Virus record (IMG/VR): IMGVR_UViG_3300041411_000129
Span: 62,001-126,000 of that record
Direction: 5' to 3' (one strand)
DNA: 64,000 nt
Shown here: in pieces, positions 20,843-30,485 of the stretch
Layout: each line of letters begins with the position of its first letter
Position numbering within the stretch: the stretch's first letter is position 1
Program-made: the position numbers and the translations under genes
The notes under the pieces: generated by a model
Told to the model about the DNA's origin: nothing
What the model saw: only the letters and a program-made list of their open reading frames with translations
The model's database searches: none

Positions 20843-22226
20843 GCCTAGCGCTATTGCCGCAGCAATTCCCCTTTCCCAGATGTTGGCTGAGAAAGGCATC
20901 TCGCTGGATGCCCACGCTGACACTCCTCTCGCCTGCATCGTCCGTGACGCTCCGCTGATTGGTTTCAATCCGGGTGAAGCGAGCTACGATGCAATCAGTG
21001 CTGCATTGCTGAATGCAAGCCGTGGCGAAACCCACGCCGCTCTGCTGTCCGAGTGCATCGAGTTGGTGACCACTTCGGTTCGCCGTACTCTGGACTTCTC
21101 CCGTAACACCGTGATCCCTCACGTTCGCCGTGTACTGGAGTCGTTCACTGCCCGTCTGGAAGGTCTGGACATCGTTCCTTTGCCGTTCACGCTGAAGTTC
21201 AACTACCTGCCTGAGATCTACAAGCTGGCTCCTGGCTTGCAGTTCGTTGAGCGTTGGGAAAACAACCCAATGGCTAGCATGCCGGGTGCGTTGACTCTGG
21301 GTACTTACTCCCCAGCTGAAATCGAAACCCTGGCGCAGCTGACCGACGAAGGTGGTTTCAACGAATCCCTCAAGGAACTGTTGAACGCCGAGGAAGGTCG
21401 TGGCCTGTCCGCAATCGCTGACGTCCTGAGCGGCCGCGTAGGCATCGCCAATATGCCGGTAGAGTTCTCTCTGCCGTTGGCTATTGTTCTGCGCAACATC
21501 GAAACGCCGAAAGAAGGCGTACAGTCTTCGCTGACTGCGTACAACGATGCTCGTTCGGTTCTGTCCAACGTCGCTGCCAAGCGTGCGCTGAGCCTGATCG
21601 ATCAACTGAACATCCAGATCAAGAACAAGTCCCTGTATAAGGGTAACTTCGTTAAAGAGCTGGGCGTGATCGAACTGACCGGTGAGGTTTACAAGATCCT
21701 TCTGAACGAAGGTCTGACCTCTGAAGCCGTGATCGGTAACGAACTGATCGGCCGGAAGTACATCGGTGGGCAGATGCTCAACCCTGAGATCATTGCTGAA
21801 CTGACTGACGTCTATGCTCGCGATTACGCTACACGCAAGCAGGCTGTCAGCATCAGCAAGCACGAACACACCCGTAAGGCTCTGCAAGCTGTTCTGCGTG
21901 AAGACGTGAACATGATCGCAGAGAAGGGCGAGTTCGTGATCGAAGGTGACAACGCCGAGAAGGCGTGGGGTCGTCTGCGTCAGTTCATCGACGCTCTGTA
22001 CGAACACAACGGTCTGCAATTCGAACCGTCGGGTATCATCACTGCGGCTATCTGCGTGGTTTGGTACGCCCACACCGACGCGGCCCGTGTGATCGACATC
22101 ATGTTCAAGGTCGAGAAAGAGCAGCCTGGCCTGCCGGCGAAAGAAGTAGCTACCCTCGCCACCATTCAGTATCTGAGTGAGTGGGTTGGCAGCATGATGC
22201 TTCCTACGAAGGCTGAAGCTGCTTAA
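20835..22226 (+). CDS. putative head protein (phiKZ gp177-like)
   Basis: Synteny between the vRNAP beta gene and the protease; strongly biased codons. Confidence 0.6.
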   Translation: MLEPSAIAAAIPLSQMLAEKGISLDAHADTPLACIVRDAPLIGFNPGEASYDAISAALLNASRGETHAALLSECIELVTTSVRRTLDFSRNTVIPHVRRVLESFTARLEGLDIVPLPFTLKFNYLPEIYKLAPGLQFVERWENNPMASMPGALTLGTYSPAEIETLAQLTDEGGFNESLKELLNAEEGRGLSAIADVLSGRVGIANMPVEFSLPLAIVLRNIETPKEGVQSSLTAYNDARSVLSNVAAKRALSLIDQLNIQIKNKSLYKGNFVKELGVIELTGEVYKILLNEGLTSEAVIGNELIGRKYIGGQMLNPEIIAELTDVYARDYATRKQAVSISKHEHTRKALQAVLREDVNMIAEKGEFVIEGDNAEKAWGRLRQFIDALYEHNGLQFEPSGIITAAICVVWYAHTDAARVIDIMFKVEKEQPGLPAKEVATLATIQYLSEWVGSMMLPTKAEAA

Positions 22227-22245
22227 TCATCAAGGGGCGTGACGT

Positions 22246-22968
22246 ATGCTTTCATCGGTATATAAACGCTCGAAGGCCCGTGTGGATGCTTGTCTCAAGA
22301 AGGCAGGCACCACATTCATCGCGATGGAACCTTTGCGGATTCATATCCCTGAACGGTTTGCTGAACGTGGTCTGGCTGTGATCGAGGATGTCTCGTACAT
22401 CCTCGGTTGTTTGGCCATTATCACCGAAGACAACTATTACGCTCCATCCACTGTTACGGCTATGTTGAAGACAGAGCCTGACCGTGTGGGTCGTATCGTG
22501 ATCGATGACGTCGGGTATATCGAGCTCAGCTACAACAAAGGTTCAAAGGTCATCGCGTCTACGGAACCGGTCGTGGTGGATAACCTACCTCACCGCATCT
22601 ATACCGAGCTTCTAGGTAAAGGTCGTATTCCGTGGTATTACGATTACACCGACATTCCGTTCATCTTCCGCGAATCCCTTAAATACAATGGTGTGCGTTT
22701 AGGCGCGGATCTTGCTATTTGGGAATACATCGCAGCGCAACTGTGCCGTGACCCGGATAACCCGACCAGATACTGGCGGCAGGTTCCGAACGCCAAAGCT
22801 CTGCTGGCAACTAAGTCACCGTACTTTGTGGCTCTTCGTAACGTGAGTATTGGCTCAACCAACATGACGGCCCGTCTGGGCGGCTCTTATTTCGACCCAG
22901 GTATGACCAGTACGTTGGCGAATCCATCCGATCGTAATGAACGGTTCGAGACGGTATTGCGTCGATAA
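22246..22968 (+). CDS. virion RNA polymerase beta-prime C-terminal-like subunit (phiKZ gp176-like)
   Basis: VALRNVSIGSTNMTARLGGSYFDPGMTSTL resembles RpoC C-terminal [23 protein letters not shown]; synteny. Confidence 0.7.
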   Translation: MLSSVYKRSKARVDACLKKAGTTFIAMEPLRIHIPERFAERGLAVIEDVSYILGCLAIITEDNYYAPSTVTAMLKTEPDRVGRIVIDDVGYIELSYNKGSKVIASTEPVVVDNLPHRIYTELLGKGRIPWYYDYTDIPFIFRESLKYNGVRLGADLAIWEYIAAQLCRDPDNPTRYWRQVPNAKALLATKSPYFVALRNVSIGSTNMTARLGGSYFDPGMTSTLANPSDRNERFETVLRR

Positions 22969-22979
22969 GGAATAGAATC

Positions 22980-23786
22980 ATGGGCATGCCTTCCATTCAA
23001 TTGCCGAACTCCAGTCAGGTCAGCTCCTACAGTAGCATCGCTTTGGCGAATAGCGGCAAGAAGGGCGTTCTGAAGGATGTAGGTAACGGCTATAAAGAAA
23101 TCCTGCTGGGGGCATTCGGTGCCTTCGGTAACGGCGGCTGGCTTTATGACACCGCCTCTGCAATGCGTTATCTGGAGAACGACCAAGAGTTCCTGCGTAT
23201 GATGCAGGCTGGTCGTATCCGTGGCGAGTGGGGTCACCCAGTTCGTCCGCCAGGCATGAGCGACCAAGATTGGTTCGTTCGTATCTGTACGATCGTTGAA
23301 GCCAACATGTGCTGCCACATTCGCCGCGTTCGTCCTTCGTTGGATACCGTGGTTGACGAACGTGGCCGTAAGGTCATCGCCCTGATCGGCGAAGTCAAGC
23401 CTTCTGGTAAGGAAGCCAAAGCGTTTGGCGACATGCTGGACAATCCGGATGAAGACGTAAACTTCTCCATCCGTTGCTTCGCGAAGAAGAACTTCGGCAA
23501 CATGACCAAACACATGACCAAGATCATCACTTGGGACTTCGTGTTTGATCCGGGCATTGCCCTGACCACAAAGTACAACACTCCGAGCATGGAGTCGAAG
23601 AGCGTGACTCGTCAGCTTGACGAGGCTGAGTTCAACCTCGAGCGTCTGCGCAATGGTTTCGACCACACGCGTCAGAACAACTCCGAAGAGAGCTTCGAAA
23701 GCGTTGCTCCAGCGGTAGAGATCCTCGGTTCTCTCTATGAGAAGACCAAGTCTCAAATCTTCGTCCCTACCTCTCTCGGCTGGTAA
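22980..23786 (+). CDS. prohead protease (phiKZ gp175 / T4 gp21-like)
   Basis: GEWGHP, FSIR and WDFVFDPG motifs; C-terminal S-x-E sites (SME, SFE). Confidence 0.9.
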   Translation: MGMPSIQLPNSSQVSSYSSIALANSGKKGVLKDVGNGYKEILLGAFGAFGNGGWLYDTASAMRYLENDQEFLRMMQAGRIRGEWGHPVRPPGMSDQDWFVRICTIVEANMCCHIRRVRPSLDTVVDERGRKVIALIGEVKPSGKEAKAFGDMLDNPDEDVNFSIRCFAKKNFGNMTKHMTKIITWDFVFDPGIALTTKYNTPSMESKSVTRQLDEAEFNLERLRNGFDHTRQNNSEESFESVAPAVEILGSLYEKTKSQIFVPTSLGW

Positions 23787-23813
23787 TTAGCCAACACAAC
23801 TAGGATTGCATCC

Positions 23814-25178
23814 ATGAGCAAAGATCTCCTGCTTCAATACGGCATCGAGTCTGGTGAAGTAGCGCCAGAACCTGAGCTGGCCACCCAGACCGCTGAAGAA
23901 GTTCTGACCGAAGTGTTGGTCGAAGAAGTAGCCGCTGGCGACGATACCCTGTCCAGTCACATGGAGCAGGTTGAAGAAACCAAGGACATCGCCGAACAGC
24001 TGGAAGAACTGGCTGAACGTACCGAAGCTCTGGCTGATGCTCAGGAAGAAAATCCTCCTGCCGCTGAAGTCGTAGCAGTGTCCACCGAATCCGCCAATCG
24101 CGAATTCCGCACCATCATGCGTGCCAATCGTCTGCCTTTCGTAGCGTCCAGCTTCGAGGCCAACGAATCCGGCAACCGCCTGCGCGATCTGGCCTCCGAC
24201 GCCCGTCGCGTACAGCGTATCGCTGAAGGTCACCGCGCCAACCTGTTGGATCTGTCCAACGAAGGTGCCATCTCGCGTTTCCTGAACCGTGATGAAAGCA
24301 AGATCGCCAAAGGCATCAACGCACTGGGCGCTGCCGAAGCTTCCCTGTCGGGCAGCCTGCAATCCCTGAAAGACCACCCGGTCATCATCACTCATGACGG
24401 GATTGCTGGGTTCCTGACCCAAGGCGATTCTCCTGTCATGAACTTGAAGCAGGGTGTCGAGAAAGATGCTGCGCATCTGTCCCATTGCCACGACGCTGTC
24501 ACCAAGTCCCTGGCTACCATCGGTTCTCTGGCTAACGGCCTGAAGGCTAATGGCGCTACCAAGGGTTCGGCTGTATCGAAGATCCTGGGCGGTAACTTCC
24601 TGGGTGATCTCAGTGGCTGCGCTACCAAAGGTCCTGCTCTGATGGGCAACCACGCGTTCCTGGTTGACGGTGCTGCCGAACACGGCGTTCCTAAACTGAA
24701 ACGCGTTCGCGACACCGCGAAGAAAGATGCCAAAGGTACTGGTCGTCACATCGCTATCGGTGTTGCTGTCGGCGTTATCGTCGGTCTCGCAGTCGGTGCA
24801 GTAGTAGGCGGCGTTGTCGGCCACCTGGCCGGTAAACAAGTCAACCGTGAGGGTAGTCAAGCCAAGTCCGCAGCTTCTGCTGCCGATCTGGTAAGCGCTA
24901 TCAACACCGTAAAGGGCTTCAACAAGATCACCGACTACAAGGTCGACACCGACGCGATCGACAAGGCACTCAAAGACGCTCGTGCTTCGATGGGCGAATT
25001 GTCGGCCGAAGACAAGGCTGCTACCAAGAAAGCGATCAGCGCTCTGGAAGACGCAATCTCCCGTCTGGTGATCATCGCCGACTGCGCTTACGAGCAGGCG
25101 TTCTACGACATCACCACCATGGCATCTGTTGTTACCGCAGTGGCCAAACAAGCTGGCAAACAAGCCGGCGACGAATAA
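23814..25178 (+). CDS. internal head (ejection) protein, paralog 1
   Basis: Acidic N-terminal propeptide, S-x-E sites (STE, SFE, SNE), adjacent to the protease; glycine-zipper segment. Confidence 0.7.
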   Translation: MSKDLLLQYGIESGEVAPEPELATQTAEEVLTEVLVEEVAAGDDTLSSHMEQVEETKDIAEQLEELAERTEALADAQEENPPAAEVVAVSTESANREFRTIMRANRLPFVASSFEANESGNRLRDLASDARRVQRIAEGHRANLLDLSNEGAISRFLNRDESKIAKGINALGAAEASLSGSLQSLKDHPVIITHDGIAGFLTQGDSPVMNLKQGVEKDAAHLSHCHDAVTKSLATIGSLANGLKANGATKGSAVSKILGGNFLGDLSGCATKGPALMGNHAFLVDGAAEHGVPKLKRVRDTAKKDAKGTGRHIAIGVAVGVIVGLAVGAVVGGVVGHLAGKQVNREGSQAKSAASAADLVSAINTVKGFNKITDYKVDTDAIDKALKDARASMGELSAEDKAATKKAISALEDAISRLVIIADCAYEQAFYDITTMASVVTAVAKQAGKQAGDE

Positions 25179-25187
25179 GGGGCAGTC

Positions 25188-26597
25188 ATGCGTGAATTCA
25201 AGGATCTCATTTCAACTGAATCCAGCGTAGTAGTTGCTGAATCCAGTGATGGTCCTGAAGTCAGCGTATCTGACGTATTGGTGGAAGACACCGCTGCGGC
25301 ACCAAGCGTTACTGAGCACTTCGATCGCATCGAAGAAACTCAAGATCTGTCGTCCCAGCTCAATGAGTTGGCAGATCACGCTGATGCCGTGGCGCGTGCC
25401 GAAGAGAATGGCGAAATCAGTTCTGAAGCAGCCTTCCTCTCCACCGAATCGATGAATCGTGAGTTCAACTCTATCATGCGTTCGGCTAAGCTACCTTATA
25501 CTGCTTCGAGTTTCGAAGCGGCTGGTAGTGAGGCTGAGCGTCTGTCGGGTATTGCTCGTGATGCTCGTCGTGTCAGCTCTATCGCTATGGAGCATGTGGA
25601 TTATCTCAGGGACTACACCGAAGAAGGTGCGCTCCTGAGTTTCCTGCGTCGGGATGAAAGTAAGCTTAACAAAGCTCACGATCAACTCGATCAAGCTGCC
25701 AAACGACTTCAGAAGAACATCGACAAGTTGTCCGATCGGCCAGTGAAGATTCGTAACCAAGGCTTTGCCCGGTTCATGACTCGGAACAACCGTCAGGTCA
25801 CCGACCTGGCTGCGGCTATCGGCTCCGAAGCGAAGTACCTGTCCAATGCTCACGATCAGATCGAATCGGCTATTAAGGCAATGGGCGTAATGTCCAACAA
25901 CCTTCGTGGTTCTGGCGTTCTGGCTGCACTGAACGGTCTGTCCAATGCACGGCCATTCGCCGCTGCATCCAACTTGGGTACGGATGAAGGTTACCTCATG
26001 GGTAACTGCACTATCGAATCCTCAGAGACCGAAGGTCCTTATCCGCACCTACTTATCCCTAAGTACACTCGTACTAGCGGTATTCGGGTTCAGGGCAAAT
26101 CCATCGGTTGGGCTGCATTGGGCGCTGTTGGTGGTGCCTGGGCTGGACTGGGCTGGACTACGATCATCGCTATCGGTGGATTGGCCGTAGGGCTTCCTAT
26201 AATCACCGGTGCGGCGTATGCAGCTCGTAAGGTTGTGATAGCCGGCATGGCTATCCGCGGGGCTGTAAACACCTATAACGAGACGCAGGACGAGAGTAAC
26301 ACTCGTTCACAAGCATCTGCTGGCGATATGAAGAAAGTCGTTGAGATGGTGCTGGGCTACACCCGTTACACCAACTACAGCGTTGATGCTGATTTGATCC
26401 GTGCAAACCTGAAGGCTGCTCGCAAGAACACCGACGGGATGAGTTCTGATCAGAAGAAGCAGTTGGTGGAAGTAACCTTGGCTCTTGAAACGAGTCTGGA
26501 CCGTTTGGTGCGGCTGGCTAGCCAGACGTATGAGCAAGCGTACTACACGACCACACTGTCCGCTGCGATTATCACAGCGGCATGCAACAGGTCGTAA
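25188..26597 (+). CDS. internal head (ejection) protein, paralog 2
   Basis: Shares STESxNREFxxIMR, ASSFEA, DARRV, FLxRDESK, LMGN and YEQAxY with the previous ORF. Confidence 0.7.
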   Translation: MREFKDLISTESSVVVAESSDGPEVSVSDVLVEDTAAAPSVTEHFDRIEETQDLSSQLNELADHADAVARAEENGEISSEAAFLSTESMNREFNSIMRSAKLPYTASSFEAAGSEAERLSGIARDARRVSSIAMEHVDYLRDYTEEGALLSFLRRDESKLNKAHDQLDQAAKRLQKNIDKLSDRPVKIRNQGFARFMTRNNRQVTDLAAAIGSEAKYLSNAHDQIESAIKAMGVMSNNLRGSGVLAALNGLSNARPFAAASNLGTDEGYLMGNCTIESSETEGPYPHLLIPKYTRTSGIRVQGKSIGWAALGAVGGAWAGLGWTTIIAIGGLAVGLPIITGAAYAARKVVIAGMAIRGAVNTYNETQDESNTRSQASAGDMKKVVEMVLGYTRYTNYSVDADLIRANLKAARKNTDGMSSDQKKQLVEVTLALETSLDRLVRLASQTYEQAYYTTTLSAAIITAACNRS

Positions 26598-26600
26598 GCA

Positions 26601-26639
26601 GCATACATCGCCCGGCCTTCTTGGCCGGGCTTTGTGCCG
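26601..26639 (+). terminator. hairpin terminator
   Basis: GCCCGGCC-TTCTT-GGCCGGGC followed by TTTGTGCC. Confidence 0.7.
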
Positions 26640-26660
26640 TATAAATCGTATTCAAAATAA

Positions 26661-26677
26661 TTACAGTCACACATTGT
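26661..26677 (+). promoter_or_regulatory. putative early (vRNAP) promoter
   Basis: TTACAGTCACACATTGT, one copy of the recurring TTAYAG-N3-YACATTRY motif. Confidence 0.65.
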
Positions 26678-26739
26678 TGGAGTAGATAAACACTACGATA
26701 GCCATTCCGGTTATCTATCTAACGACCGTGGAGGTCACA

Positions 26740-27186
26740 ATGTCCAACGCAATCAAAACCCTGCAAGCTGCTTTCGATCGTATTGAAAACGTTGTTGAAT
26801 ACAACGAAGAGTTCAACAACGGTACTGGCTACTTCGACCATCTGGTGAATCACGACACCGGGCTGGAAGTTGGTCAGCGCTTCAAGATGCAAACTCCAAT
26901 GCCGAACAACCGCAAGGTCATCGGCGTGGTTACTCCTGTCGGTAACGCAGTGTTCTTCGAACGCTATACCGGTGGCGAGCGCGGTATCGTTGCACGCAAC
27001 ATCCCATCGTCCTTCAGCGGCATCTTCATTGAAGGCCAGGTTTCCGATGAGCTGCTTTCGATGGCAATCGGTTCCGCTGAAGGCTACAATCGCAACATCG
27101 GCCACATGCTGAAAGCCGTAGTTATTAAAGCTACTGGCAATGGTTTCATGGAAGCTAAGGCTGAGAAGCCAGCAGACCTGAACTAA
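26740..27186 (+). CDS. hypothetical early protein
   Basis: GGAGGT RBS; preceded by the promoter motif. Confidence 0.8.
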   Translation: MSNAIKTLQAAFDRIENVVEYNEEFNNGTGYFDHLVNHDTGLEVGQRFKMQTPMPNNRKVIGVVTPVGNAVFFERYTGGERGIVARNIPSSFSGIFIEGQVSDELLSMAIGSAEGYNRNIGHMLKAVVIKATGNGFMEAKAEKPADLN

Positions 27187-27191
27187 AAGAT

Positions 27192-27208
27192 TTATAGCTA
27201 CACATTGT
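27192..27208 (+). promoter_or_regulatory. putative early promoter
   Basis: TTATAGCTACACATTGT. Confidence 0.65.
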
Positions 27209-27261
27209 AAACTCGCAACACACCTAACCTTTCGAAACAATTTGTTATTTGGAGATACACC

Positions 27262-27510
27262 ATGTCTGCTGAAATCGCTCAAGTTGCTGCTCAATCCGTT
27301 TCTTACCTGCAACGTCTGAAAGACCTGGCTACCGCTCACCCAGTGGGTGCAGTAGTCGCTGGTACTGTCGTAGCCACTGTTGCAGTGGTCGGCGGTTACA
27401 AGCTCGCCACCAAGGTCTTCGGCGAAAAGAAGAAAGAGCCGCACGCTGACGTAACTGTCAACGTTGATGCTCGTCCTGCTGCGGATGCGACTGCCAAACC
27501 GGCAGCGTAA
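27262..27510 (+). CDS. small single-pass membrane protein
   Basis: GGAG RBS; hydrophobic VGAVVAGTVVATVAVVGGY followed by a basic patch. Confidence 0.75.
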   Translation: MSAEIAQVAAQSVSYLQRLKDLATAHPVGAVVAGTVVATVAVVGGYKLATKVFGEKKKEPHADVTVNVDARPAADATAKPAA

Positions 27511-27516
27511 CCTCAG

Positions 27517-27563
27517 TCATCAGATCGGTCGGCCAACGGCCGATCTGATGATTTCTTTTTTTT
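27517..27563 (+). terminator. intrinsic terminator
   Basis: TCATCAGATCGGTCG-GCCAA-CGGCCGATCTGATGA plus a T run. Confidence 0.85.
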
Positions 27564-27576
27564 GTATTTAAATCAA

Positions 27577-27593
27577 ACACAAACCTACATTAC
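27577..27593 (+). promoter_or_regulatory. putative early promoter
   Basis: ACACAAACCTACATTAC, matching the core of the motif. Confidence 0.5.
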
Positions 27594-27709
27594 CACATTG
27601 AGAATCAGCTGCAATCACAGCCTCGGTTTCTGTAGATAGTTACATTCGTAGTAAACCCTGTGTTCGAAAGTCGAATACCCCTAACCCGTGTAATACAAGG
27701 AATCGCAAC

Positions 27710-28168
27710 ATGAGCAAAGAATTGAACCCAGCCGTACGCGCCCTGGCCGATGACCTGAAGCCGATCATCGTTCTGGACGAAACCACTGGCGTGGCCGAAG
27801 CTACTGGCGCCGAAGACGTATTCGCCAAGCATCTGCCTGAAGGCATCACCCTCGACACCGTGAAATCCGTTCAGGACAGCCTGCTGACCTACGCTGCTGC
27901 TCACACCCTGGCCAACGGCGAAGTTCAGCGCGATGCAATGGTCAAGAACAAAGACCTGGCGTCCGGCTCGCTGTCGACCAAGATCGGCTACAGCAAGATC
28001 GAATCCAGCTACCACCGCAAGAAGTCCGGCACCGCCATGGGCAAGCCGTGGGAGAAGTTCGGCGTTTCCAATACCGACGTTACTCTCGGTGTCGGTCGCA
28101 AGGGCTCGGATCTGAAAGCTGTCGTGAACTACCTGAGCGAAGATGCGGCCTCCGTATTCGCCAACTGA
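27710..28168 (+). CDS. probably highly expressed hypothetical protein, possible remote HU-like DNA-binding protein
   Basis: AAGGA RBS; codon bias like the chimallin and sheath genes; own promoter motif and terminator. Confidence 0.75.
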   Translation: MSKELNPAVRALADDLKPIIVLDETTGVAEATGAEDVFAKHLPEGITLDTVKSVQDSLLTYAAAHTLANGEVQRDAMVKNKDLASGSLSTKIGYSKIESSYHRKKSGTAMGKPWEKFGVSNTDVTLGVGRKGSDLKAVVNYLSEDAASVFAN

Positions 28169-28230
28169 TTGCACTGCCTGGGCACCGTGACTGGAGAAGG
28201 GGCCAACACTTCTCCAGTGGTAGCCGATCG

Positions 28231-28275
28231 TAAAGCCGGGGGTTCGCCTCCGGCTTTATGCCCCTTTATTTTTTC
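28231..28275 (+). terminator. intrinsic terminator
   Basis: TAAAGCCGGGGG-TTCG-CCTCCGGCTTTA then TGCCCC and a T-rich tract. Confidence 0.8.
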
Positions 28276-28318
28276 TTAGTATACATTTCACTTTCTCACA
28301 ACCCGTAAGGACTAAAGC

Positions 28319-28642
28319 ATGATCCTCCGCACTTCTGATTTCAAGAACCTTGGCACTCTGGCTGATGCTCTCTTCCGTGAGAGTAAGATCCGCATTGTGT
28401 TTCAGGCTGACGCAGATACACCTCTGCTCAAAGTTCCACACCGCGGGCGTTATGCCTTGCCTATTCTGACTGGCAACATGACTGTCGCTGCGTACGTCAG
28501 CATGATCCGCGGCCCTCTGCGTACTCGTGGTCTCAATGCTGGCGATGATCACATTCTCGCCAATGTAGGGATTACCGTGATCAGTAAGACGGGTAATATC
28601 CCGGCTGGACAAACCCTCATCAAGAATATTGGTTTCGAATAA
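28319..28642 (+). CDS. hypothetical protein
   Basis: TAAGGA RBS. Confidence 0.75.
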   Translation: MILRTSDFKNLGTLADALFRESKIRIVFQADADTPLLKVPHRGRYALPILTGNMTVAAYVSMIRGPLRTRGLNAGDDHILANVGITVISKTGNIPAGQTLIKNIGFE

Positions 28643-28652
28643 GGATTCATCG

Positions 28653-29177
28653 ATGGATCGTGAACTTGTAGAACTCGTCAGCGAGCAAATGCCGAAGTAC
28701 GAGATTCCAAAGCAGCACTGCGGTCTCATGATCGTAGATACTCCTGAACGTGTTGATGAGCTGTACGAACAGTTCGGGTTCAACGGGACCAAGTTCATTC
28801 AGATCACTCACGGTACACTCTGGGATCGTGCCATGTACCGCAATGAACATTCTGAAGATATCCATGTGGTCGTCATGGACCTCATCGATATTAATGAACT
28901 TCATCGTTTCGGTCCACCATCGCTGGCTTGGGTAGAGTCGTGTATCCGCAACATCTTCGCTCGGTATTACTGCCGGGATGAGAAGTACTTAGCTGCCGAA
29001 GGCGATGAGCGTATCTCTCTGATGCGCCGTCAGAACGGTGGGAAGAACATCGACACCGAGTTTGATATCGTTGCCATGGGCACTAAGGACTTCATCTACA
29101 AACACAAGCATCGAGGTGTGGTCGGTCCTGCTCAGGTATTTGTAACGAAACCTTATCCAAACCAAACTACTGATTAA
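28653..29177 (+). CDS. hypothetical protein
   Basis: TAAGGA RBS directly after the previous stop. Confidence 0.75.
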   Translation: MDRELVELVSEQMPKYEIPKQHCGLMIVDTPERVDELYEQFGFNGTKFIQITHGTLWDRAMYRNEHSEDIHVVVMDLIDINELHRFGPPSLAWVESCIRNIFARYYCRDEKYLAAEGDERISLMRRQNGGKNIDTEFDIVAMGTKDFIYKHKHRGVVGPAQVFVTKPYPNQTTD

Positions 29178-29179
29178 CA

Positions 29180-29228
29180 GCATAAAGACCGGGGCGTAAT
29201 GCCCCGGTCTATGCCACTTCTTTTTTTT
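29180..29228. terminator. bidirectional terminator
   Basis: GCATAAAGACCGGGGC-GTAAT-GCCCCGGTCTATGCC plus a T run. Confidence 0.8.
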
Positions 29229-29229
29229 G

Positions 29230-29547
29230 TTACCGTTTGGAGGTTATCCGGTACTTGGTGCTCTTCGGCAACACAAGCTTACCAACCATCGTCCCAATCA
29301 TGATCTCCCCAGTCATGCTTATGGACTCCAAACGATAGTCACTTCCTTCCAGAAAGCGGCTATCTACACAATTCTGACTGTAGTGGATGACTCCACCCAG
29401 TTCCCGTAGGGCTTCCCCGACCCTACGAACCTCATCCCTGACGTTTTCTTTGTCTAGGTATACGATGCCACAGGTCCCCACACCTTGCAGCCTCAAATCG
29501 CTTTCCAGCTCCTTGAGCGACTCAAGTATTTTGTGTTGTGCTGGCAT
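29230..29547 (-). CDS. hypothetical protein
   Basis: 105-aa ORF filling the gap between two terminators. Confidence 0.6.
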   Translation of the reverse strand: MPAQHKILESLKELESDLRLQGVGTCGIVYLDKENVRDEVRRVGEALRELGGVIHYSQNCVDSRFLEGSDYRLESISMTGEIMIGTMVGKLVLPKSTKYRITSKR

Positions 29548-29621
29548 AGTGCTATCTCTTTTAGTACTTCACGGTATAAAGCCTGGACTCAACCTTTCGG
29601 AAGAGTCCAGGAGTAACGGTG

Positions 29622-30482
29622 TTACGGAGTTACCAACGAGCCTTTGATCGCATTGATCTGCTCGGTGAAACCCGTTGCAACGGCCGATACGTTGGAATCA
29701 ACGCCGGTGACGAAGTTGGCCTGGTACTGTGGGTCCATACCGCTTACGCGGACGGCATCCATGAAGCCCTGAGCCAATTTGTCAACTGCGTAACCAACCT
29801 TCTGCCAGCCAGTCCAGGACAGGTTGTAGGTGGCAAGCTCACCATCCTGCTGAAGCTGACGGTTACCGATGTTCTCACCAATTTCCTGATGGAGCCAGAA
29901 GTTGGTGATCAGCCAGGAGTTCTCGACGTAACGGAAAGTCTTGTCGGGCTCGAAGGCGATGATGGTGCCGCCGTACACGTCCGCCAGCTGGTCAGTGAAT
30001 CGATCACTTACACCAGTGAGGAGTGGATGGCCGGTATCCGGGTCCATGAACAGGTAACGCACCATGTCTTCCATGAAGCGCATGATTGGACGACGATCCT
30101 TGTCCACCACAGTGGAGGTGATCTGCGACCGCGCACGCGATACACGGGATGGGGTCTGGAAGACCTCACCGGCGTTACCCAGCTGAGTTTCCTGGGTGTT
30201 AACAGTCAGGGTACGGTTGAAGCCGTTCCAGGACTGCATCCAGTTTTCGATGAAGTTCTTGTAGGCAGCTACGTACAGCTGCCCATTAGGAAGCATCATC
30301 AGACCGGCGGGCGCTTGCAGCACTTTGATGATCAACGGTTTACGGATGTAGTCCGTAGCCGATGGGTAGTACTGCATGTCGGTCAGGTAGCCTTGTTGGC
30401 CCTGTACCGCCATGTTCAGCACTGTCATCTGAGCGCGTTCGGCGTACGCCTTATTGGTCAGAGTATCTGCATACCGTCCCAT
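29622..30482 (-). CDS. tail tube protein (phiKZ gp30-like)
   Basis: 286 aa directly downstream of the sheath; strongly optimised codons. Confidence 0.8.
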   Translation of the reverse strand: MGRYADTLTNKAYAERAQMTVLNMAVQGQQGYLTDMQYYPSATDYIRKPLIIKVLQAPAGLMMLPNGQLYVAAYKNFIENWMQSWNGFNRTLTVNTQETQLGNAGEVFQTPSRVSRARSQITSTVVDKDRRPIMRFMEDMVRYLFMDPDTGHPLLTGVSDRFTDQLADVYGGTIIAFEPDKTFRYVENSWLITNFWLHQEIGENIGNRQLQQDGELATYNLSWTGWQKVGYAVDKLAQGFMDAVRVSGMDPQYQANFVTGVDSNVSAVATGFTEQINAIKGSLVTP

Positions 30483-30485
30483 TTA

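Noticed and set aside
17587-25163. Long minus-strand ORFs (795, 429, 289 and 458 aa)
   Set aside because: In-register antisense frames of the vRNAP, head and protease genes
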